IMG/VR virus record: IMGVR_UViG_3300036798_000096
Span: 1 to 28,984 of that record
DNA: 28,984 nucleotides
Strand: one strand, 5' to 3'
Origin: a virus
Lineage: Duplodnaviria; Caudoviricetes
Shown here: piece by piece, positions 16,801 to 23,833 of the stretch
Layout of the letters: every line of letters starts with the position of its first letter
Position numbering within the stretch: the stretch's first letter is position 1
Translations under genes and position numbers: made by a program
The notes under the pieces: generated by a model
The model's input: the letters and a program-made list of their open reading frames with translations, nothing else
Told to the model about the DNA's origin: nothing
Databases searched by the model: none

Positions 16801-18533
16801 TTGCTCTTGGAGCAGCTTTGATTGTTATCGGGCTTGGATTTGCAATGTTCGGTGCTGCTGCATTCTTAGTTGCTAAAGCATTTGATATGCTTGCTAAAAC
16901 TGGTGAAAAGGGGTCAAAAGCTTTTGTACAATCCCTTAAGAATATGGGAGCGGCAATTCCTGCTTTTGCTACCGGGTTTGCAACGGCTTTAGTTGAGCTA
17001 GCTAAGATATTTATGAAATTTATTCCAACTTTAGTCAAGATGATAATTACTTTGCTTTCAAGTCTACTTGACGGTTTAATTGTGATCATTCCGAAAGTTC
17101 TTACGATTATAGGACAGCTCATTACTGGAATTTTAAATTTGCTTAAAACAAAGATTCCAGAATATGTTAATGCTGGACTGGAAATGATTCTTGGAATCCT
17201 TAAAGGACTTCGAGATAATATTCCAAAAATCATAATCGTTGTTGGTGAAATCATAACAGGATTTCTCAATGCGCTTGCGACTGAGCTTCCTAAGATTGTT
17301 GATTCAGTAGCCAATCTTATTATTGCTCTATTTACCAGTGTAGCAACAGCTGTTGGTAAGGTTGCAGGAACGTTGATGTTTGGTATTGGTATTGCATTTA
17401 TTAATGGATTTATGAGTGGAATTCTTGCTTCAGCCCCCGGTCCTGCAAAATGGTTCGCTAATTTGGCTGGTAGTGTTCTTGGATGGATTGGAAATGTAGT
17501 CAACACGCTGGTTACTAAGGGTAAGAATTTCATATCTGGATTGTATAGTGGCATTACAACTCAAGCTTCTGGTGTAATTAGCTGGTTCCAGAGACTTCCT
17601 GCTAACATTCTTAGTTGGATTGGTAATGTTGCAGGTACACTTATTGGTTCTGGTAGAAATCTTATAAGTGGGCTATACAATGGAGTTACTGGGGCTATTG
17701 GCTCAGTATCAGGATGGTTTGCTCGTCTAGGTGGGAATATTCTTAGTTGGGTTGGTAATACTTTAGGTATTCTTGGCACCGCTGGTCGTAATATTATGAC
17801 TGGGCTATATAATGGTATTACAGCTGGTTGGGGCACTGTGTCTGGATGGATTAGTGGAATTGGTAGTCGTGCCGCAGGTGCTGTCGGAAATCTAGGCGGC
17901 GTTCTTACTGGCGCAGGTAGAAGTATCATGGATGGTTTGTTGAGTGGTATAACAGATGCATGGAATAAGGTTGCCGGTACGCTTAGTGGATTAGCTGATA
18001 AAATTAAGAGTCTTAAGGGACCTCCGAAGAAGGACGCTAAGCTACTCATTGAAAATGGTATGCTTATCATGCAAGGTCTTCAAAAAGGTATTGAAGATGA
18101 ATGGGATAATGTTGCTAATTGGCTGAGTTCTGTTGATCCAGCTGCTGAGCTTGACAAAAACATTGGCGATCGTATGTCTAATGTTTTAAATTCAGCAATT
18201 AGCGATATGGTTGATCAACTTGGCAATATGCCTGAAATGACGCCAACAATAACCCCCGTTCTTGATTTAACTAATGTCGTTGCTGGTGCTAAGCAAATTT
18301 CTGATTATATTGCAGAACCAACGCTTACTCCAGCATATTCGTACAATCAAGCAAGCACCATTGCCGCTGCTACTTCTATTCGACCCGATGATACAACTAA
18401 AACTGATGCTACTGGTGGCGCAGTGAAGTTTGAACAGAACATTTATGCTCCAACACAACTTTCTACAAGTGATATCTATAAGAATACTCGTAATCAGATA
18501 ACAATGGCTAAGCAGGAGTTGAGTATCCCATGA
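13857..18533 (+). CDS. tape measure protein (~1558 aa)
   Basis: SD AAGGAGG, very long Ala/Gly-rich helical ORF with hydrophobic ~57-aa repeats and 11-periodic Trp repeats, precedes Dit. Confidence 0.95.
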   Translation: MASVDERVVKMTFDNASFERRISSTIDSINQLDKALQLKGAAKGISEVGDAADHVNLGGMADAVENISHKFSALGAIGFSVIQTLTNKGLGFIENVGKKALGSIFEGGTTRAKNLEQARFLFEGLGADVEASMESARKAVVGTAYGLDEAAKTAAQFGGSGIKAGDEMTAALRGVAGVAGMTGSSFSEISDIFTAAAGQGKVTGYTLERISMRGINVAAQLGKQLGKTEPQIRQMARDGEIDFKTFAKAMDDAFGKHAQEANKTYVGSLANMKAALSRLGAAFMTPHLTQQRDLFNAISPKVDDFTKAMKPLIKTFMDLKGVATGNLIKTINGLSFANLTKAIPNFSAGLKELYQSFSKLLSIVGKSWKQVFPSSSTSIIITLANAFKKLADHLTISGDAAKKIGSIFTGVFSILKIAWTIVKEGIKFIASLVGEILGLGGGPVVDIFVKVADFFTALQKGVASPGNIKKFFQTLTDAVKMPIDFIKDLKDKIIDFFKSDPVDKVSPAFGRVGDRFSSLKDGLSKLGDIWAPLSKALGRVGEVLNTALQAIGRFFKDLGKNIASFMKSGDFKPVLDTINTALLGGITLIIARFLKGGINISIAQGLMDKIGGIFDQLTGVLKAMETNINAGTLMKIAEAMGILTLSVIALSLIDSVALTKALTAMAVGFGELLGAFAILQKVTGTAGAGKFVAIALGLQILAGAMLTLSLAVALLAQLSWNDLEKGMGAIILLLGSMVGVSLLLEGKGPALAAAGLGIVGIATGIAILAGAVKLFGTMSYEAIGKGLAGVAGGLLVIAAVMKLMPLTMPLIGAGLLMVSFSLDILAGAMKKMASMSWGEIGKGLAGIAGALLAIGLAMNLMPSNMIVTAAGLLLVSIALQGIAKALASVGSLSWGSIAKGLAGIAATLILLAAAMYIMQETILGAVAIGIAAASLMLLAGVVKAFAGISWGDLLHGLGGIAILLLGIALAALAIEPAVPAMLALGAALIVIGLGFAMFGAAAFLVAKAFDMLAKTGEKGSKAFVQSLKNMGAAIPAFATGFATALVELAKIFMKFIPTLVKMIITLLSSLLDGLIVIIPKVLTIIGQLITGILNLLKTKIPEYVNAGLEMILGILKGLRDNIPKIIIVVGEIITGFLNALATELPKIVDSVANLIIALFTSVATAVGKVAGTLMFGIGIAFINGFMSGILASAPGPAKWFANLAGSVLGWIGNVVNTLVTKGKNFISGLYSGITTQASGVISWFQRLPANILSWIGNVAGTLIGSGRNLISGLYNGVTGAIGSVSGWFARLGGNILSWVGNTLGILGTAGRNIMTGLYNGITAGWGTVSGWISGIGSRAAGAVGNLGGVLTGAGRSIMDGLLSGITDAWNKVAGTLSGLADKIKSLKGPPKKDAKLLIENGMLIMQGLQKGIEDEWDNVANWLSSVDPAAELDKNIGDRMSNVLNSAISDMVDQLGNMPEMTPTITPVLDLTNVVAGAKQISDYIAEPTLTPAYSYNQASTIAAATSIRPDDTTKTDATGGAVKFEQNIYAPTQLSTSDIYKNTRNQITMAKQELSIP

Positions 18534-19375
18534 GAGTCACTAACGTAAGTTTATATTCCAACAACATAGAAACTGTCGCATTTAGTTTAAGCCAAGCAGA
18601 GCCAGATGCTCGATATTATGTCAGAGATATGACTGGATTAGATAGTGAAGATTTAATTCCTAGATTTTATGGATTTGGTGCACAAACAAAAACTAAATTT
18701 TATGATTTTGTACTTAAACCAAGACTTATTGTTATTCGATTTGTATTAAATCCACGGTTTAATCTTGATGAATCATATTCTGATGTTCGTGATACCCTGT
18801 ATAAATCTATTTCTTCGGCTAGAAGTGGACTAGTTTATTTGAATTTTAACTCCGGGGGAACAACTGTAGCAAGGATCGCTGGGTTTATTACTAAATTTGA
18901 AGTTCCATATTTTACTCCACTTCCAGAAGTTCAACTTACAGTTAGATGTGATGATCCGGTGCTTAGAGGAATTAGTCCAGTCTTATATAAACAAATTGAT
19001 CTTAAAACTGTTAACCCAATCATTATTCCAGACAGTATGTCTACTGCTCCTCACGGATTTTCATTTCAAGTAACTTTTAAAGCTGCTTGTCCTTCATTTA
19101 CTATTCAAGATCAGCAAAGTAATCCAGATTGGAAATTTCAAGTTGTTCCTGCTGGAGGATTTCTGGCTGGAGATGTTCTTAATTTCTCAAGTGATTACGT
19201 AAATAAACAACTATATATCACTCGAGGTGGAGTAATTACATATTTGGTTGATAAGATTACTACAGATTCGATTTGGCCAACTATATTTCCAGGAATTACT
19301 ACGCTTTATTTTGTAGACATTGCTAATTTTGATTGGAATAATCTAGAATATTACGCTACGTATTGGGGGGTATAA
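18530..19375 (+). CDS. distal tail (Dit)-like protein
   Basis: Immediately after TMP with ATGA overlap, TGLD...RLIVIRF...V.CDDP pattern. Confidence 0.8.
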   Translation: MRVTNVSLYSNNIETVAFSLSQAEPDARYYVRDMTGLDSEDLIPRFYGFGAQTKTKFYDFVLKPRLIVIRFVLNPRFNLDESYSDVRDTLYKSISSARSGLVYLNFNSGGTTVARIAGFITKFEVPYFTPLPEVQLTVRCDDPVLRGISPVLYKQIDLKTVNPIIIPDSMSTAPHGFSFQVTFKAACPSFTIQDQQSNPDWKFQVVPAGGFLAGDVLNFSSDYVNKQLYITRGGVITYLVDKITTDSIWPTIFPGITTLYFVDIANFDWNNLEYYATYWGV

Positions 19376-19377
19376 AT

Positions 19378-20523
19378 TTGAACTTATTTAAATATGTAAT
19401 AACTACAACTGACCCAACACTTTTAACCGAAGGTGAAATGATTAAAGCACCTAAAAGTATTATGTGGGCTGAACGTTATAGAGATCCTGGAGAATTTGAA
19501 TTAGTTGATAATCTTAGTTCAGGACTTATAGATATTTTGCCAATTGGAACCTTAATTTCACATTACGGAACTCTTGATGTAATGTTTGTAGAAAATCATG
19601 AAATTGATGATAGTAAAGATGAAGATCCTATAATAAAAATTACTGGTAGATCTTTAGAAGCATATCTTGAGAATCGTATTATTGGAACTAATCAAATTCG
19701 AGCGAATCCCATTATTGGAGTCGGATATAATTTGGTTGCTAATAATACTTGGAATCAAACGGTTCTTATGATAAATGAACATATTAATAATAATCAAAAC
19801 GTTAATGATAATTTTGGAAACATTATCGCTTCTTCAATTGTTAGTGGAATTACTGGTGTTAGTGAAGCTAGACTTCTTAAACCAGAAGGACTTGACAAAG
19901 CCGTTTTAGATTTACTTGCCATTGATGATTGTGGAATTAAGGTTATACGTAGAAATACGTTTGGTGCTCCTGGTGGGAGTGCTGCCCAAACAGTATTTTG
20001 CGTGCATAATGGTATAAATAGGTCAAATATAGTTATATTCTCATGGCAAGGTGGAGATCTCGATATAGTTGACTATTTGTGGACAGATAAGCCACTAAAG
20101 AACTCAGCTATGATAATTGGACGATATGTGAACACTTTTGTTGATACAGTTGGATATAATAGATTTCTTCGCAAAACTATGATTGTACCTGCTGATGATA
20201 TTGACGGATATTTAACTGCTGCGCCGTCTGGGGCTACACTGAACAATATTGTTGCTCAAATGCAAACAAGAGGAAGACAAGCATTAGAGAAACAGAATCG
20301 TCTTACTATATCAAGGGCTGATATTTCAAATTTATCGAAATACCATTATCGGCAAGATTATAATATAGGAGATTTGATCTCTTTAGATGGAAATTTTGGT
20401 CAAATTGCAGTTATGAGAGTTGTTGAATATGTTGAAATTCAAGATGAAAATGGAGAAAGTGGCCATCCGACATTTGCGATCCCTGGGCCCCCTTCAACCG
20501 CACTTCGTTATGAGACAGCATGA
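19378..20523 (+). CDS. tail hub / minor tail protein, ReqiPepy6 Gp37-like
   Basis: S..W.ERY..PGEFEL, ITGRSLE..L..R, Y.Y..DYNIGD.I, RV.EYVE..DENG...PT motifs. TTG start is inferred. Confidence 0.8.
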   Translation: MNLFKYVITTTDPTLLTEGEMIKAPKSIMWAERYRDPGEFELVDNLSSGLIDILPIGTLISHYGTLDVMFVENHEIDDSKDEDPIIKITGRSLEAYLENRIIGTNQIRANPIIGVGYNLVANNTWNQTVLMINEHINNNQNVNDNFGNIIASSIVSGITGVSEARLLKPEGLDKAVLDLLAIDDCGIKVIRRNTFGAPGGSAAQTVFCVHNGINRSNIVIFSWQGGDLDIVDYLWTDKPLKNSAMIIGRYVNTFVDTVGYNRFLRKTMIVPADDIDGYLTAAPSGATLNNIVAQMQTRGRQALEKQNRLTISRADISNLSKYHYRQDYNIGDLISLDGNFGQIAVMRVVEYVEIQDENGESGHPTFAIPGPPSTALRYETA

Positions 20524-20744
20524 TCTATTTAGTCATAATAATTGTAATAATTGCACTTTTTGTTATATTTGAGATATTTGTGTTAAAAAGTAATTTAAAA
20601 CTAGGCGGGAAAATTGTAATTACAAAAAATGAAGTTGGAAGGAAGCTTTTTTCTTTGGAATTAGACGCAGATCCTGACGAAATTGAAAAAATGAATTTTA
20701 TTCTCTTCAAAGTTGTTAAAGAAGCTACAAAAGATCTTGATTAA
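20520..20744 (+). CDS. small membrane protein
   Basis: N-terminal TM helix, ATGA overlap with the upstream gene. Confidence 0.7.
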   Translation: MIYLVIIIVIIALFVIFEIFVLKSNLKLGGKIVITKNEVGRKLFSLELDADPDEIEKMNFILFKVVKEATKDLD

Positions 20745-20747
20745 TCT

Positions 20748-20778
20748 TTCGCAATTTAAACAACTCTTATAATGGAGA
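20748..20778 (+). promoter_or_regulatory. cassette motif copy 1 (putative promoter)
   Basis: TTCGCA ATTTAA ACAA CTCT TATAAT GGAGA. Confidence 0.85.
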
Positions 20779-20794
20779 CTATTAAAGGAGAATA

Positions 20795-21094
20795 ATGTTA
20801 GAAAGATTGGTTAAAAAAAAGCCATCAATTCTGGATGAGCCAATTTCAAAGCTTTTGACTAAATTGAATACGCTTAAACCGGATTCTGAAGAATACTCAA
20901 AGACAATAGACCATTTAGAAAGATTGAATCGAATGAAGGCTGAAGAGCGCGGACCTCGAGTCAATCCGGATGCATGGGCGGTTGTTGCTGGGAATCTTCT
21001 CGGAATTCTGATTATTGTAGCATATGAGCAGAAGCATGTTATGGTGTCGAAGGGATTGGGGTTTGTTATCAAACCGAGAGATCCTCACATTTGA
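20795..21094 (+). CDS. small membrane-anchored protein
   Basis: SD AAAGGAG, C-terminal hydrophobic AWAVVAGNLLGILIIVAY. Confidence 0.85.
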   Translation: MLERLVKKKPSILDEPISKLLTKLNTLKPDSEEYSKTIDHLERLNRMKAEERGPRVNPDAWAVVAGNLLGILIIVAYEQKHVMVSKGLGFVIKPRDPHI

Positions 21095-21112
21095 CCCCAG
21101 ATGTAGCGAACA

Positions 21113-21151
21113 GCACGGGAGTTGTGAAATTTACACAGCTCCTGTGTTTTT
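21113..21151 (+). terminator. intrinsic terminator-like hairpin
   Basis: GCACGGGAGTTGTG / CACAGCTCCTGTGT 14-bp stem with G-U pairs, followed by a T run. Confidence 0.75.
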
Positions 21152-21301
21152 CGCAATTATTATATTTTTTCCAGTTGTTTTTAATAAAAAGACCCCAATA
21201 TTTGGCTTTCTAAGCTGTTTAAACGAAATAAATGGGTAAAGATACCAGAAATGCCGTTCATCGTCTTAGAACGGCTTACAATACCGAATAGGAGAAAATC
21301 A

Positions 21302-21526
21302 ATGGATAACGACGCTATTTTGTGGGCATTTCAGCATTTTTACCATATGGATAAAGCTAATGCTTGTATGCATTGCTCTCCAGTCAGATTTAGCCCTATA
21401 ACTTTTAGACTATTGGATTCTTTAATGACTGATTGGTCTGTAGATGAAGATATTTCTCAAGAAATGGCTGAAGTTAGAAGTCATGTAAACCAATACGCAT
21501 TAGATCAAGGTCGAATTGCAGAGTAA
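21302..21526 (+). CDS. hypothetical protein (MDNDAILWAFQHFYHMDKANACMHC...)
   Basis: SD AGGAG about 7 nt upstream of ATG 21302. Confidence 0.75.
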   Translation: MDNDAILWAFQHFYHMDKANACMHCSPVRFSPITFRLLDSLMTDWSVDEDISQEMAEVRSHVNQYALDQGRIAE

Positions 21527-21571
21527 TTATATTTGAGCAAAAAATCCCAGGGGGAGATTTCCGAAAACTAA

Positions 21572-21602
21572 TTCGCAATTTAAACAACGCTTATAATGGG
21601 AA
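21572..21602 (+). promoter_or_regulatory. cassette motif copy 2
   Basis: TTCGCA ATTTAA ACAA CGCT TATAAT GGGAA. Confidence 0.85.
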
Positions 21603-21625
21603 CTATATTTGATAAGGAGATTGAA

Positions 21626-21835
21626 ATGCTTAATCGCGAATTAAAAGTGGACCTAGTGAAAAAAGGTAAGTCACAAGAAATTGAGACCGACCAATCGAAA
21701 ATGGCGTTTAACGAAAAAGCTGAGGTAATCAGTGACATTGTTGATCAGAGTATTAAAAAGATTGGCGTTGCGGTATGTGTGTACGTACTTTTGGACACAG
21801 TTCGCAAAGTTGCGGTTGCTTCAGTAACCCCCTGA
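21626..21835 (+). CDS. small protein with C-terminal hydrophobic helix
   Basis: SD TAAGGAG before ATG 21626, IGVAVCVYVLLDTV. Confidence 0.8.
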   Translation: MLNRELKVDLVKKGKSQEIETDQSKMAFNEKAEVISDIVDQSIKKIGVAVCVYVLLDTVRKVAVASVTP

Positions 21836-21844
21836 TGTAGCCAG

Positions 21845-21874
21845 AAGGAGATGCCACAAGGTATTTCCTTTTTC
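21845..21874 (+). terminator. hairpin/terminator (AAGGAG...TTCCTT family)
   Basis: AAGGAGATGCC-ACAA-GGTATTTCCTT followed by TTT. Confidence 0.7.
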
Positions 21875-21876
21875 GA

Positions 21877-21907
21877 TTCGCATAATTTACAACGCATATA
21901 ATGGAGA
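21877..21907 (+). promoter_or_regulatory. cassette motif copy 3
   Basis: TTCGCA TAATTT ACAA CGCA TATAAT GGAGA. Confidence 0.85.
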
Positions 21908-21924
21908 CTATAAAGGAGAATTTA

Positions 21925-22125
21925 ATGTTTAAGAACCTAATTTCGAAAGTCTTTAACAATGAGAGTGATGAGAACGTAAATGTTTTGAACGATGAAGTTA
22001 CCCTGAAGGCGCTTTGCGCTTATCGGGATAGCCTTGTTGTGTCAGACGATTGCGTTTGGGATGAACTCGAGGCTGTTGAAGAAGAGATTGAGAAAGTTTG
22101 GAACAGGATGCCCGTAAGGTCATAA
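21925..22125 (+). CDS. small acidic hypothetical protein
   Basis: SD AAAGGAG before ATG 21925, 66 aa. Confidence 0.8.
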   Translation: MFKNLISKVFNNESDENVNVLNDEVTLKALCAYRDSLVVSDDCVWDELEAVEEEIEKVWNRMPVRS

Positions 22126-22156
22126 AGCTAAGGCCCCTACAAGGGCTTTAGTTTTT
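22124..22156 (+). terminator. intrinsic terminator-like hairpin
   Basis: AAAGCTAAGGCCC-CTACAA-GGGCTTTAGTTTT followed by T. Confidence 0.75.
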
Positions 22157-22157
22157 C

Positions 22158-22188
22158 TTCGCATAATTTACAAGGCTTATAATGAGAG
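22158..22188 (+). promoter_or_regulatory. cassette motif copy 4
   Basis: TTCGCA TAATTT ACAA GGCT TATAAT GAGAG. Confidence 0.85.
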
Positions 22189-22209
22189 ATCTATTAATAA
22201 GGAGAAATA

Positions 22210-22482
22210 ATGGAAAACGAAAAGAAGACTACCAAAATTCGTAATTGGATTAGTCGTAACAGTGAAACAATCGTAATCAGTGCGGTAACATCTGTTCTTT
22301 TGGGAACTTACATTGCTCTAGCTGTGAAGTCTGGTAAAGACTATCAAGCAGCTTCAGAGACATGGAAAGAATCACTAAAAGAACGTAATGATCTAATCAC
22401 AGATGCGATTGAAGCTGGAAAGACTATCCTTCCGAATGAAGACGGAAGTTTTTGGATTCTAGATTTGACTGCTAAAAATTGA
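22210..22482 (+). CDS. small single-TM protein
   Basis: SD TAAGGAG, TIVISAVTSVLLGTYIALAV. Confidence 0.85.
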   Translation: MENEKKTTKIRNWISRNSETIVISAVTSVLLGTYIALAVKSGKDYQAASETWKESLKERNDLITDAIEAGKTILPNEDGSFWILDLTAKN

Positions 22483-22489
22483 AATCTAT

Positions 22490-22520
22490 AAAGGAGAGCC
22501 AGCAATGGTTTTCCTTTTTC
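22490..22520 (+). terminator. hairpin/terminator with GCAA tetraloop
   Basis: AAAGGAGAGCCA-GCAA-TGGTTTTCCTTT followed by TT. Confidence 0.75.
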
Positions 22521-22551
22521 TTCGCAAAAAAAACAAGGCTTATAATAGAGA
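22521..22551 (+). promoter_or_regulatory. cassette motif copy 5
   Basis: TTCGCA AAAAAA ACAA GGCT TATAAT AGAGA. Confidence 0.85.
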
Positions 22552-22670
22552 GGGATCTGAAAGGATGTTGAGAACCGACTGCGTGGGTAACCAACCCCAC
22601 CCGACGTATATGGAAAGACGAGGCTTTATGCCCGGAGACACAATGGCCATATACACCTCTCATATTTTTT
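22548..22670 (+). ncRNA. putative structured non-coding RNA 1
   Basis: Closing stem GAGAGG(22548-53)/CCTCTC(22656-61). Inner stems ATCT-GAAA-GGAT, GTGGG/CCCAC, GTATATGG(22606-13)/CCATATAC(22647-54) and GGC-TTTAT-GCC. Ends in a T run. No AAGGAG-led ORF. Confidence 0.6.
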
Positions 22671-22674
22671 CGAG

Positions 22675-22705
22675 TTCGCAAAAAAAACAACCCTTATAGT
22701 GAGAG
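22675..22705 (+). promoter_or_regulatory. cassette motif copy 6
   Basis: TTCGCA AAAAAA ACAA CCCT TATAGT GAGAG. Confidence 0.8.
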
Positions 22706-22817
22706 GAAGACGAGACACTAATGTGTAGGTGAAAGACCTACCCGTCTGGTGCAGGAGCTATACTGCAAAATCATAGTTTTAGTTGGGCTATGAACCCAAG
22801 CCTCTCATTTCATTTTT
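22701..22817 (+). ncRNA. putative structured non-coding RNA 2 (or structured leader of 22831..22977)
   Basis: Closing stem GAGAGG(22701-06)/CCTCTC(22801-06). Inner stems AGACG/CGTCT, GTAGGT-GAAAG-ACCTAC, TGCAG/CTGCA and TCATAG/CTATGA. T-rich tail. Confidence 0.6.
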
Positions 22818-22830
22818 CGAAGGAGAAATC

Positions 22831-22977
22831 ATGTCAAATAGTTATTATATTTATCAAACCTCTAAGAAGAAGCGTTACGGTTTTGGAAAGTTCTTGTTGG
22901 ACGTCTTTATGACGTGTATCACATCTGGATTCTGGCTGATCTGGATATTTGTAAGGGAGATGCGGAAAGCACGATGA
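22831..22977 (+). CDS. 48-aa membrane protein
   Basis: SD GAAGGAG, YGFGKFLLDVFMTCITSGFWLIWIFVREMR, ATGA overlap with the next gene. Confidence 0.8.
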   Translation: MSNSYYIYQTSKKKRYGFGKFLLDVFMTCITSGFWLIWIFVREMRKAR

Positions 22978-23729
22978 GTAAACTGTCTCAATTCAGTGGA
23001 AGCGTTTTTAAGAACATAAAGGCTAATTCCCCTATTATTTTCTCTGTTGCTGCTGGAGTTGGGACGTTAACTACTGCATTTTTGGTAGGTAAGGCTTCGT
23101 TCGATGCAGCTAATATGATACGGAACGATGAAGAGAAGAATGCTCCCGCCGTTAATCCTAGAGAACGATTGAAGGATCGAACTAGACTTGTCTGGAAACT
23201 CTATATTCCGCCGGCAATTTCCACAGTTTCTACAATTGTGTGCATCGTTGGCGCTAAGCGAATGGAGGCCCAAAAGACCCTCGCCGCTCACGCTGCACTC
23301 GCTTTCACAGAACGAGCATATTCTGATTATCGAGACAAAGTGGTTGAGGAATTCGGTGCACGTAAGGATCAATCCATTCGAGATAAGGTGGTCGCCGAGC
23401 AGGTAGCAATAAATCCCCCACCTTCGCAGGAAGTGCTAGTAACTGGTCCAGGTAACGTTTTATGCTGTGAATTATTTACTATGCGATATTTCGCTTGTGA
23501 TATGGAGAAATTAAAGAGATCTGTAAATGAGTTAAATTCTAAACTATTAAAACATGATTACGCTACGCTTGATGATTTCTATTATATGATAGGGCTTGCA
23601 CAGACTACAGTGTCTGGAAAGCTTGGTTGGACGTCAGATAAGCTAATGGAATTAATATTCTCTACGACATTATCTGAAGATGGCCGTCCATGTATCACGT
23701 TTGAGTACAATTACACCAAAACACTATAA
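22974..23729 (+). CDS. DUF6353-like phage protein (paralogue A)
   Basis: NSP.I....A.VG...TA.L, AY.DYRDKV.EE.G, N.LN..L....Y.TL.DFY...G......GW pattern. Confidence 0.75.
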   Translation: MSKLSQFSGSVFKNIKANSPIIFSVAAGVGTLTTAFLVGKASFDAANMIRNDEEKNAPAVNPRERLKDRTRLVWKLYIPPAISTVSTIVCIVGAKRMEAQKTLAAHAALAFTERAYSDYRDKVVEEFGARKDQSIRDKVVAEQVAINPPPSQEVLVTGPGNVLCCELFTMRYFACDMEKLKRSVNELNSKLLKHDYATLDDFYYMIGLAQTTVSGKLGWTSDKLMELIFSTTLSEDGRPCITFEYNYTKTL

Positions 23730-23746
23730 AAAAGGATATTCTTACA

Positions 23747-23833
23747 ATGGATAATAAGTATAAGGCTCTTATCGTCGTTATTCTCCTCGTTTTGGCCAGT
23801 ATTATCACTGCCGCTATTAAAAATCATAGCTAG
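23747..23833 (+). CDS. 28-aa single-TM microprotein (MDNKYKALIVVILLVLASIITAAIKNHS), absent from the ORF track
   Basis: AAAGGA upstream, clean basic-hydrophobic-basic pattern, stop abuts motif copy 7. Confidence 0.6.
   Translation: MDNKYKALIVVILLVLASIITAAIKNHS

Noticed and set aside
14555-18458. Several long minus-strand ORFs (up to 278 aa) within the tape measure gene
   Set aside because: Antisense shadows of an Ala/Gly/Ile-rich, codon-biased gene, with no evident RBS and no recognisable motifs
21596-21903. ATG inside TATAATG as a leaderless or extended start (ORF-track starts 21596 and 21901)
   Set aside because: In frame with the cargo in only two copies, absent in copies 5-6, and strong SD-ATG pairs lie 24-30 nt downstream
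22505-22699. 64-aa ORF (or 44 aa from ATG 22565) across candidate RNA1
   Set aside because: Starts inside a terminator hairpin and runs through two motif copies, lacks the AAGGAG SD used by the protein cassettes, and the sequence is better explained by base pairing
22548-22817. tRNA genes or hammerhead ribozymes
   Set aside because: No T-loop GTTCRA, D-loop or CCA pattern, and no CTGANGA...GAAA hammerhead core in the correct stem context
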